64,000 nucleotides of DNA from Trichoplax adhaerens (taxonomy: Eukaryota; Animalia; Placozoa). The notes under the pieces are model-generated. The model was not told where the DNA came from. It made no database searches and was given only the letters and a program-made list of their open reading frames with translations. A program made the position numbers and the translations under genes. The number at the start of each line of letters is the position of its first letter. The first letter of the stretch is position 1. Location: positions 3,491,454 to 3,555,453 of the forward strand of contig NW_002060946.1 of NCBI RefSeq assembly GCF_000150275.1, given 5' to 3'. This document shows, in pieces, positions 14,899-27,300 of this stretch.

Positions 14899-15862
14899 AA
14901 GCAAATTGCAATTTTTTTCTAGCATTTCTCTTCTTTTCATGGCAGAAATGCCATCTTTCAAGATCAGTCTGGACTGGATTAGGATATACTGTAGACTACT
15001 CAGAGAAGTACAAGAGTACAGTAGAAGAATACGCATAGGCTTAAGCTAATTGCAATTATTTCTCTTGTCATCCATGCACAAAAATCCTTGTCTTACTCAG
15101 GGACGATTTCCTTTCAATGGCAGAAATCCTTGTCTTACTCAGGGATTTCTCTTCTTTTCATGGCAGGAATGCCATCTTTCAAGATCAGTCTGGACTGGAT
15201 TAGGATATACTGTAGACTACTCAGAGAAGTACAAGAGTACAGTAGAAGAATACGCATAGGCTTAAGCAAACTGCAATTTTTTTCCTGCATTTCTCTTGTG
15301 ATCCATGCACAAAATCCTTGTCTTACTCAGGGATGATCTCCTTTTAATGGCAGGAATCCTTGTCTTACTCAGGGATGATCTCCTTTTAATGGCAGGAATC
15401 CTTGTCTTACTCAGGGATGATCTCCTTTTAATGGCAGAAATCCTTGTCTTACTCAAAGATGATCTCCTTTCAATGGCAGCAATACCATCTTTCAAGATCA
15501 GTCTGGACTGGATTAGGATATACTGTAGACTACTCAGAGAAGTACAAGAGTACAGTGGAAGAATACGCATAGGCTTAAGCAAACTGCAATTTTTTTCCTG
15601 CATTTCTCTTGTGATCCATGCACAAAATCCTTGTCTTACTCAGGGATGATCTCCTTTTAATGGCAGGAATCCTTGTCTTACTCAGGGATGATCTCCTTTC
15701 AATGGCAGAAATCCTTGTCTTACTCAAAGATGATCTCCTTTCAATGGCAGCAATACCATCTTTCAAGATCAGTCTGGACTGGATTAGGATATACTGTAGA
15801 CTACTCAAAGAAGAAAGTCAGAGAAGTTCAAGAGTACAGTAGAAGAATACGCATAGGCTTCT
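14899..15862. repeat. Hierarchical tandem array: constant block of about 95 bp x4, separated by 2, 4 and 3 copies of a 42-bp subrepeat
   Basis: Block CCATCTTTCAAGATCAGTCTGGACTGGATT...CATAGGCTT starts at 14951, 15172, 15485 and 15756. Subrepeat AATCCTTGTCTTACTCAGGGATGATCTCCTTTTAATGGCAGG lies between blocks. Confidence 0.95.
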
Positions 15863-16587
15863 TCTCCTAGTCTATCAATGATGAAAGACTTTAGGGCTAT
15901 CGTTGCAATTTGCAAACTCGGACAACTGCTTCGGCGATTAGAATAAACGACAGTCTTAGCCATTACTCCATATAATCTCTGTAGACATGGCAGATTTCTT
16001 GACTACATGATGGTCCAAAGCGTGGCCCAGCCTAAGACGACAAGCCCCAAAAAGGGCAATGAGTGGAAAGACTACTCAATAAGATGAATAAAGTACTGCG
16101 AGCTATCGTTGTTGTTGTTGTGCTAGGCTAAACTGCATCGTCCTTGAGTATCAGCGTGTATTTATGTTTCATGGTTTATATCATTCAAATCGATGAGAGC
16201 AATCAATAAAACCAAAGACTATTCAATGATGAATGCATTTACAGTTCAGTGGATAAAGCCCCAACTAGTGAGAGTGATAAACTGCAGGCTAAACTTGAAG
16301 GGTAAGTAGAACCCAAGGTTGAACTCGGTTGTAAATCCAATAGACTCCAGCTACCGATCGATGCAGTTTCTAAATGTACGTGTTGTGATCATCAAAATAG
16401 AACGAGGACTCAAAAAGATACACAACACCATTTCCACATAGCAAGTGCATTACTGCTGTCGATCGATGCCACAACAGTAACATCTAAAATTGAATACTCA
16501 GCGAAAATCAATCAATCCATCTTAAAATCATGGACAACCCATCGTTCAGTATGATCCACTGACGAAATGGATGTTGCTCGTTTGCAC

Positions 16588-17766
16588 CCGATTGAGCGAG
16601 AGCAACGCCATCGAGGCTAAAATTCAATTACAAAGTCAAAATAAAATCAATCGTCCAATAGAATGAACTCAAAATGATTGCTATGTTGAGTATTTCCACG
16701 TAGCAAGTAGATACTGCTACTGGTTCAGTTATCATAGCCTAAAATAGAACTCGATCACCATCAATCTTGTTGATCGAGATGGGTCAACGAGGCAATGCAA
16801 TCCTCATCATCATACTGCCGTACCGATTGAGCGAGAGCAAGGCTAAAATTCAATTACAAAGTCAAAATAAAATCAATCGTCCAATAGAATGAACTCAAAA
16901 TGATTGCTAGGTTGAGTATTTCCACGTAGCAAGTAGATACTGCTACTGGTTCAGTTATCATAGCCTAAAATAGAACTCGATCACCATCAATCTTGTTGAT
17001 CGAGATGGGTCGACGAGGCAATGCAATCCTCATCATCATACTGCTGTACCGATTGAGCGAGAGCAACACCATCGAGGCTAAAATTCAATTACCAAGTCAA
17101 AATAAAATCAATCGTCAAATTGAATAAACTCAAATGATTGCTATGTTGAGTATTTCCACGTAGCAAGTAGATACTGCTACTGGTTTAGTTATCATAGCCT
17201 AAAATAGAACTCGATCACCATCAATCCTGTTGATCGAGATGGGTCGAAAAGGCAATGCAATCCTCATCATCATACTGCTGTACCGATTGAGCGAGAGCAA
17301 GGCTAAAATTCAATTACAAAGTCAAAATAAAATCAATCGTCCAATAGAATGAACTCAAAATGATTGCTAGGTTGAGTATTTCCACGTAGCAAGTAGATAC
17401 TGCTACTGGTTCAGTTATCATAGCCTAAAATAGAACTCGATCACCATCAATCCTGTTGATCGAGATGGGTCGAAAAGGCAATGCAATCCTCATCATCATA
17501 CTGCTGTACCGATTGAGCGAGAGCAAGGCTAAAATTCAATTACAAAGTCAAAATAAAATCAATCGTCAAATTGAATAAACTCAAAATGATTGCTAGGTTG
17601 AGTATTTCCACGTAGCAAGTAGATACTGCTACTGGTTCAGCTATCATAGCCTAAAATAGAATGTCCATCGAAAAGGAATCTTGAAAATCGCAACTCGATC
17701 ACCATCAATCATGATGATCGAGATGGGTCGACGTGGCAATGCAATCCTCATCATCATATTACTGTA
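16588..17766. repeat. Tandem array, 5 units of 226-235 bp (last unit longer)
   Basis: Units starting CCGATTGAGCGAGAGCAA at 16588, 16823, 17049, 17283 and 17509; near-identical. Each contains the inverted repeats GTAGCA/TGCTAC and CTCGATCA/TGATCGAG. Confidence 0.96.
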
Positions 17767-17914
17767 GTCAATCAATGGATTAACGTGGCAGCCTACCACT
17801 GGCCTAGATAGTCATTGCTGCCGTCGAATTTGTAGATGGGATAGATAGAATATAGAAGAAGCGAGACGATGAAGAAGAAAGGGATAGAGTACAATGGAGG
17901 CACTGTAACTAAGC

Positions 17915-17925
17915 AACATGGCGGC
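17915..17925 (+). promoter_or_regulatory. YY1-like motif upstream of GLG1
   Basis: AACATGGCGGC matches the YY1 consensus AANATGGCGGC, about 400 bp upstream of the GLG1 ATG. Confidence 0.4.
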
Positions 17926-18318
17926 TAGAGTTTGGTCTATATGACGTAGACTATTTTAAGGAGAGGTATAGCCAAGTGTATGCTAAATTAAGATGGAAGG
18001 CAGCCAATTCTTTTTGCCCTAATGTAAATAACTTACTACTATACTTTCTGAATTGCATCAGTGGCTAGAGTGGCAAGTAGAGACGGTAGCAATCGAGTAG
18101 TAGACCTACTCCAATTAGTAGCGTATAGTAACAGCTGGCTACAAGCAGTCGCGCAAGTGTAATTAAGTCTATACCGACGACGATCAAGTTCTTCATCGTT
18201 TCCGGCCACGGTTAATAGGATTGTCGAGCTTTTCCCACCACTAGGATTGGGGAGAAAAGCATTGAAGGAGGTCCTATAGGGTTTTCTTTGCCCATTTTTA
18301 CTACCTATAGTCGCCATC

Positions 18319-21300
18319 ATGAAGTTAATCAATCGCCAAAAGTGGATAGTAATTGTTTTACTTCTTGCTTGCACAAGCAATCGACGACATCATGTTCATG
18401 CAATGGATGGCCATGGCGATGATGATGCCAGCCAACAACATTCTAAAACGGTCGATAGGCACAATCAAGCAGCCGATGATAACCCTGCTGATGGTCAACA
18501 TCCATTTCTATCGCATCCAATCGATCACAAGGCAAAATCGACAGCTGATTCGCAGGATAACAACAACGACGAGAAACGACTTCAACATTTACAAGGCGAT
18601 AATAAGGTGGATCCACCATCCAAAAATGAGTTACCACTAGATGATAACGATATTCGAAAAGAAGTAGAAAGGAAGGAGAAGCAACCTCTAGCCGATACTA
18701 GTGTCAAACCTCATCCTCAATCCAAGGATGAGAATTCAAATGAAATGCAATCGAAAGACGAGCGATTCAAAAATGAGCAAGATAACCCTTCCAGTGATAA
18801 TAAGCAGAAAACAGCCCAACAGCATGATAACCCAGTCGATCAGAAGAATGCTCATCGCCTTGATTCTAACCATGCTAGCGATAGTGATGGCCAGCAGGAT
18901 CAACAGGAAGTTCAATCTCAATCCAAGGACAATCCAAAGGAACCGCAATCGAAAGACGAAGGACTAAAAAAAGTGGACCATGATAAGCCTTCCACTGATA
19001 ATAATGAGAAGAAAACAGCCCAACATCATGATAACCCAGTCGATCAGAAGAATACTCATCGTCCTGATTCTAACCAAGAAAGCGATGATGATGGTCAGCG
19101 GGATCAACACAAACTTCACTCTCAATCTAAGGATAATCCAAATGGACAACAATCCAAAGACGAAGGATTAAAAAAGGTTGACCAAGATCAACCTTCCGCT
19201 GATAATAATGAGAAGAAAACAGCCCAACATCATGATAACCCAGTCGATCAGAAGAATACTCATCGTCCTGATTCTAACCAAGCGAGCGATGATGATGGTC
19301 AGCGGGATCAACACAAACTTCACTCTCAATCCAAGGATAATCCAAATGGACAACAATCCAAAGACGAAGGATTAAAAAAGGTTGACCAAGATAAATCTTC
19401 TGATGATGACCAAAAGGAAACAACCCAACATCATGAAAATCTAGTTGATAATAGTATTCGTCGCTTTAATCCTCCGCAAGCTAGAAGTGATGATGGCCAA
19501 GAGCAACAACCGAGGAAAGCCAACAACAAAATACCGCCTAGTGCCAAGGAATACACTAATACTGATACAAAGAGTAATCAAGTGAAAAAGGACAACTCCA
19601 AATCGCCACCATCTTCTATTAACGCTTTTAAGGAAGGCCATGAGTGTGGACGTGATGCTAAACGTTTTTGCTCATCCGACGATAGGAATGCTTTGTCCTT
19701 GCTTGTATGCTTACAGACTGAACCTCGAAGGAATGTAAGTATTTTCTTAAATAAACTACTATCTTGCCAACAGTATACTCTACAGATTGAATTAGCATCC
19801 ATCAAAAAGGAAATCATTTCCGCTTTCCACTCATATCACATAAGTAATGCAGCCATCAGCCACGATCAGCATACCACTTGCACTAAGTAGATTGGGATAC
19901 AATCGTATCGTTGTTGATGGCTTGATCATTTCACCTTCTTAAACTTTTTTGCTATATCACTAATGTAAAGGACGCGAACTCGTACAAGAGTTCAATCGAG
20001 CTATTCAAGGATAGGATAAATTCATTTTTTGCCATGCTCTATATTCTACCACTTCGCCACGGAAAATGGAGTATAGACTGATATAGCAATTGACAAAGAG
20101 ATGACAAGAAATTGTGTTGGATAAAACCATATTAGATGACTTTAATCGATGTCGATAGTGCGTAATATCATAGACCTTGATCAAAATCCTATCTTTCACT
20201 AGCCAACTAACTATATTACACTAGTAGTAATACCTGTTATTCGCAAGTAAATCACTCTGCTGTACAAGGCACATCATCTTGAAAAATTTCCATTCTATCC
20301 AAAATAGAAAGTTATGTCATAATGCTGTGTAGTACAGCACAACTATTACTGCGATATATCGATCGTTTCGACGGATACACTTTTCATTTTACGCACTTAA
20401 CTTATTCCGCTACCAATGTCATTGATACAAAGATCCTCTTGAATATAAACATCATCATCGACTCTTCCTTTCCAAGTAGTAACAATTACGGTACATTATA
20501 TAATCGTAAAATAATTCCATTTGTATCTTCAATTTTCATGACAGTAGTAGACAATACAATTTCTTTTCGTTGACATTTCCATCTTGTACTATTCGTGCCT
20601 TATTTTGTAAACAAGAAGATCGAATTGAAATAATTATGAATGATTACAGTCTATCGCTTGGATACTGCAAACTGTGCACTACTCCCCCCATCTTTTTCAA
20701 TATAGTTACGGTACATTCATTATACGATCACGCAATAATTGACTAGTATCGTCAATTTTCATTTTTTTTTTACCAACAATTTCTTTTCCTTCACCTTTTT
20801 ATCATGTACTACTTAGGAGTAAATTCTATTGTACATTGAAGAATAGGATGAATGAATTTATTAATGATGATAGTCTACTACTTGTACTTTTTTAACAATA
20901 AATTACGCAACATTATGGCTATATCATTATGGGATAGCTTCGCTAGTATAGTCAACTTTCATTTCCATTACCAATTCCTTCTCGTTGATATTTCAATCTT
21001 GATGCCGATCGCTATCTTGTAGTGCTCATGTTTTAGTTGGAAAAGAAGAATACAAAGTGTAAACGATGATCGCTAATCACTAGGATACGATGAGAAGGAG
21101 CAATGGATCGTATACCCGAGCAATGTTCTCGCTTTTGACGTTGATGTGCACCAATTTCATCGACGCTTAAGATATTATGTTTACTAGGATAGTAATCACG
21201 ATTATACTGTAAGGAAGCCTATCCACATGAACTACTAAAAATTTCTAGTAGTCTATGCTATGCATACCTTGAGATCTTTAAAGTAGCTCTTACTACAATT

Positions 21301-24300
21301 TCTTTCCATTGAAAAGGAGCAACAGATCATAGACTCGAGCGATATTCTAACGTTTGGCTTGATGTATATCAATATCATTGACACTGTGGATATCGCGTCT
21401 GTTAATGACTGGATTTATCGCATCGATTTTCGTCATGATCATGTCGTAAATTCTAAATCATAGCATGCAATTAAGTTGGTAGGCTAGTTTTGTAATATCC
21501 ATTTCCATTTATTCAACAACATGCTACAATAGTTAGAATTTCAACCTACGCTCTATGAAGATATCATCAGTGCACACTTTTTATAGAGTGGTTATTAACT
21601 ACAATAAATTCTGTAGCCTTGGATTACTTCAATAGTTCTAATTCATAGATCCACCTGTCGTATCCTTGTAATGAGTAACGATTGAAGTAAAATGTATTAC
21701 TTGCATACACAAATGATCACAGTTTTACAGATACGTCGACAATTACAGCAGTATATCAGTTTTAAATAATCGATAATTCGTTATAACATCTGTTATGTAT
21801 GTATCTATGTTATTCATTCACACGATAGTTATTCCGGGAGCAGCTAGTCAAAATTAATCTTTTTATTTATCAATAACCTGTGCTTATATGCTTTCACTAA
21901 TAGCACAACATGCCATCATATTACGCGAACTTCACTAGCTAAATTTAGGGCGATGATGTAGGCTATCTTACACAACTATATGAAGAGTTACAAACGATTA
22001 CATATTAATATTAAATCTTACATACTCATCTAATTTACTTTATAATTGTCATTACTTATTTTTACAATACCGTACATATCAGCATCCATCCTATTGTACA
22101 TTATACATAAATTATTTTGGATGGCACATCGGTATTCAACAACAACGAGTTCCTGTCTAATGAAATACTAGGAAATAGTATAATATTTTAAATTACTCTG
22201 TAATTGATTAATACCAGGAATACATTTTACGATAGAGCATCCAACAGTTCATGATTCAACTTTGAGAAATGTTTTATCTTTTTATTCCAATAGGGTCAAA
22301 AACTTTCTTCAGCTTGCCAAAAAGTAGGTCCTTCATTCACTATTAATTTGATATAATCATTAAAAAGTATGTAATACTATTGAAATCTTTGTTCTATAGA
22401 AATTATGGCAATATAAATTGACGTTAACAGAAGATCAACGTTTCGATCATGCAGTCACTGCAGCTTGTTCAGCTGCAATAAAAGTAAGTTAGATAAAAGT
22501 AAAGATTAATAACGTCGTATGCTAACACATTAACTGATCACTGTTCAAGCAGTTATGATACATTCTATATAGATATGGTGCAGTAAAAATATTAGCAGGC
22601 TATAAAACTATACTAAATGTGAACTATTATTAGCGTTATAACATTCTCATCTCTGTTACTGTATTTCTCTGCTAAAAATTGCCGGTTACTTCTGCTTTAT
22701 ACGGATCGAAAGTTTTTCACGATTATATTTATCTTGCACGACTGACGGTATCGTCATTTTTTCGGCTTACTGAAATTTCTACATTGCTAATTCTACTTTT
22801 AATATATTTAGACAACCAATTGCGATAAAGATCACAGGTCTAAGGGTAACACTATTGGGTGCCTACTCCAAAATCGACTAAAAATCAACAATTATATGTG
22901 TATTCAGTTATTATTAAAATTACGAATGATTATCTTCACCAATTACAAATTCGTAAAGCCACTATTTAACGCATGCCGAGAGGATATGGGCACCACTGGA
23001 TGTGGTAGTAACGAAGTTGTTGATAGTTTTGTAAGTCAACGTTTTTTTAGTCTGTCTTTTTAAATTTCATTTGAAAATAGCACCTAATCAATATACCACA
23101 TTCAACATGTTAATATTAGGGTGCAGTATCAAAAGGGGCAGTTATTAAATGTTTGCAAGATAAGAACCAACAGCTATCGAAATCTTGTCGTGAAAGTGTC
23201 TTTAATGTCTCGGAATCTCAAGCTGAAGATTTTCGCCTCGATCGTGCATTTTATTCCGCCTGCTATCAGGATAAAAATAAGTTCTGCCGTAATGTACCTC
23301 CTGGTAAAGGTCAAGTGTACAAGTGCTTGATGCAAAATCAAAACGATCCCCTAATGTCGGAAGAGGTATTGCTCGCATATACTGACGTAATCTTGACCGA
23401 TGATAATCGATTAATTGTAATATACCAACTTTCTACAACTATGCATGATCATCAATCTATGTAGATAATACCTTCAAATGTTTGAATATTAAGAATAAAT
23501 ATACAGTAATTACAGCTAACTATTGGATACTTTAGACGAAAAATAATTCCCATACTGTATGTCGGCTATTTAAATCAATTGCATTTTAACTACTTTTAAT
23601 ACAAATGTTTAATGATATCAACTACTTATAGTGTAAAGCACAATTACGACGACGTGAAAGATTGGCGGCCTTAGATTATCGAGTGAGTATGAAGTATTGA
23701 CGGATACCACGTTTTAATAGTTGTAAACTTTGCTAACAACTTAGAATCGTCTTACACTATAAAATAATGATATTATTGTGTTAATGTAATATTTCTATTT
23801 TTTACCTAAGGTTTTATATAGCTTCGCTTCTTCATGCCGTAATGATATTACAACACACAAATGCCATGTACATTTAACAAAGGAAGATGTAAAACCAAAC
23901 AATGAAGTAACAGTAAAAAAAGTAATTGGTTTAGGAAGAGTTATCGATTGCTTAACAAATGCATCTATTAATGGTAATATCCTAATTAAAATTATCATCA
24001 AATTTCTGATCGCAGTTTTTCAATGATAATCGCTTATTAAAAATTTCATTTTTAGGTCATCGATTAGAAGGTCAATGTAGAATTCGCGTCTTCCAAATGC
24101 GACGCTTACTTTTTTCACAATTTAGGCTATCCCTTCCTTTAGTTCAACAGTGTGGGGCAGATATAGTAGACGGATGTGACGAAAAGTCACTATCTGGTAA
24201 AGAGAATACTCTCACTTGTTTACTGAAAATAGCTCCTTTAGGAAAGTTGAGACCAGAATGTCTACGAGAGGTAAATACCTATGGAAGCATCGATAAAAGA

Positions 24301-27300
24301 TGTCTGTCCTAATAATATTCTCTGAGCTATATGAGGTCAAAATGTTGGGTTATAACCTTTTGAAAATTGGTGCAACTTTAAAAATAGGTTAGCCGATTTA
24401 TGAAGAAAACCAATTTGATAGGGGACTATCGCGTCAGCAATGATCTATTTGCTGCTTGTCAGCCAATAGCTGATGTTGCATGCAAAGAAATTGTTGACTA
24501 CAGAAGGTAGAGTGTACTGTACATTGAGGCGTAGACTATCGATCATCTATACTTAGTGATTGCATAGAAAAATAAAAACGAATTCTTTTTCCATTAAAAT
24601 ATGTATAGGAAACTGACATGCTTGATGGAGAAGAGAAATTCCAATATTATGACAGCTGATTGTCGTGACCATTTGCACTACATTTTATTTTTTATTTCAA
24701 GAGATATGAGGTGAAGTAACTGAAATTCTTGAATACTGTACAATCTGTATAACTTAAAGATTTATATTGTAAATCAATTTTGTAAGTAAGTTAGTGAAGC
24801 AGAAAAATTGATATCTGTATTTCGTAGGGTTGATCGACTACTGTTTCGCGTATGTTCGGCGCCTGTACAACAATGCGGTTATTCCCTTCGTAAAAATTCT
24901 GATAGGATATTTTCTAGCCTGACATTTAGCTGCTTGTATAAGCAAATATTACATCCGGAAAAAAGCAAAGTAAATAGTAAAATATTCAGGAAACAATTTT
25001 AACTCTCAAGTTAAACAGCAAATTACTTAGTAATATTCCATCTCATATTGCAGAATATTTCGAACGTTTGTAGTTCAATGGTTAAAAAAATTATGGTTCA
25101 GAGAGGAGATGATGTTGATTTACACCCTGAAATTCAGAATGCATGTCTTTCGGATTTAGGAAAGTTCTGTTTAAATAAAGTTAAACATGGGCAGGTATAG
25201 CGAGCAGATGTTTTTAGATATAGCTTATTGTATCCGTTAAATGTAACTTATATGCAATTAAAATGTACTTAAAAATTGATAATCTTAAAAATCTAGGAAA
25301 TAAAATGTCTTCAAACTAATCTTAAAAGCCTATCTAGCCAATGTCGTCGCTCAATAGGAAATTTTACTGTTTTAGAATCTGAGGTAAAATTACCGCAAAG
25401 AAGGGTATTTCATTTTACTTTGATCTAGCAATATGGTTATTTTTTATTGTGTGATCATTCTGCTATCTTGATATTTTTACTTTTAATGTGACGATAAAAT
25501 CAAGTTTCACATTGTAACTGCCTTTCTCATTATTGACAGGATATTAGACTCAATGAAAATTTGTATCGTACTTGCCTTCCTGCTGTCAAAAGATATTGTT
25601 CGGTTTGCTGATATATTGCAGTAATAAATAATTTCCTCTGTTCTAGTACTAATTTTAACATTTCGAAACGTTTTAAATAATCTCGGTATTAAAAATAAAT
25701 TTTATACCTTGCTTTACTAAAAATTATTCACATGATTATCGTAATCCGGTAAAATATCTTATACCATATCTAAATCGTTAACTTTTATATGTTGTAGGAT
25801 GTAAAGAGGGCGCCTGGTAACATACTACGTTGCCTTATTAATAATAAGAATCAAGTCAATATGGAGAAGGAATGTAGGGTTGAAATTGAAGATTTTCAAC
25901 AAGTATATGCTGAAAAAGTGACTTATATTATTATACAAATTTGAATAGCTTATCCTAAAGACCTTTAATCAACGTTAACAGGTTCGATTAAAGGATTTTA
26001 GATTTTCTGTGAGATTAAAAAGTTATTGCAAAACTGAAATCGAAGAGAATTGTCAAGGCATGAAATCAAGGTTATTAGCACATATTAGTAATTTTGTGAG
26101 CTACTTTAATTCATGAAGCTTTCAATGTCTATAAATAGGAGTGATATATTAACATGCTTGGGGAAGCTATATTCAAAAGGTAAAAGGAATAGCAAGAAAC
26201 TGTCTAAAAAGTGCCGAGGACATTTGCATTCTGAATATTTCCAGCGGGTACTTGATTAATAGATTTGTTATTACAATTATCATCTTTAGTGTAAACTTTA
26301 CGGCGAATAGTGAAACTATTTGTAATTCTAATCTTCATTACTTTAAAGTCAGAAGATATCCGTTTAGATCCAGAGTTGTATCGCAGCTGCAAGAACGATA
26401 TCACACGATTCTGTGCTTCTGTGCAATACGGCGGTGCCGAAGTACGTATTAATTATTAAATTTATTATTAATCCGTACTTTTATTATAAAATATGCTATT
26501 TATGTGAATACACGTACAGGTGGAGCAGAGCATACTCAAATATTCAATTTTATGCTATACCACTTAAATATTATCAGGTTTTCGAATGCTTAAGACAAAA
26601 TGACTTACATCTTTCAACCAGCTGTAAGAACCTATTGCGTAAACGTGAGGTATATGTTCTGTACAAGACAAAATATAGACCTGAATAGGAATCTGGATAA
26701 AGTACATAATGTGGTAATATTATAGTTGTTGTCACTTGTCGGTGACATCTAGTACTGTACAGCCGTTGGGATCTCGAAAGCTCCGTTTAGAGTCGCAAAC
26801 GTGCTACCCACCGGCTACTTTACAGTACAGTTTACACAGCAAAGTGCTCGTTGGTAGTCCTGGTGAATCTAGATTTTGTACATTTTTGTAGAATTCTATA
26901 TGGTGTGCTTGTGCAAGATTTAATAATTTGATGTAGTGAATTTGCAATGCAATAAACAATTTTATGTTCAAATTGCATTACTTTCAGGTGTTAGAAATCA
27001 AACAGCCAAAGATTGATTACTTCCTAATAACGAATTGTAAGCTAGTTATCATGGTAAGATCAACTAATTTACCTCAATGTACTTGTTGTTTTTGAGCTAG
27101 AGCTAATTTATATGATTAAATCAAAAGAAATTCTGTAAAGGAGTTCAAAGCGGTCCATCCATGTTGCAATGTTTGATTCAGAATAAAGATAATTCCGTAG
27201 TAAATGACAGGTAAACTATGACAAGATTCATAATTTATAAACTAAATCATTATACTAATCATTTTCGGACATGATAGGTGTAGAGCTGCAATAAAGCGCA

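Noticed and set aside
15050-15870. ORFs with ILVLLRDDLLLMAG / RRSSLSKTRIPAIK repeats
   Set aside because: By-products of the 42-bp subrepeat; both strands are open, stops occur in the constant blocks and there is no splice context.
14899-17766. CRISPR-like repeat-spacer reading of arrays A and B
   Set aside because: The intervening sequences are themselves repeated, units are far too long, the context is eukaryotic and there are no cas genes.
19735-19890. C-terminal part of the 523-aa ORF
   Set aside because: Read-through into intron 1; a GTAAGT donor at 19735 joins in frame to the GLG1 exon at 22294.
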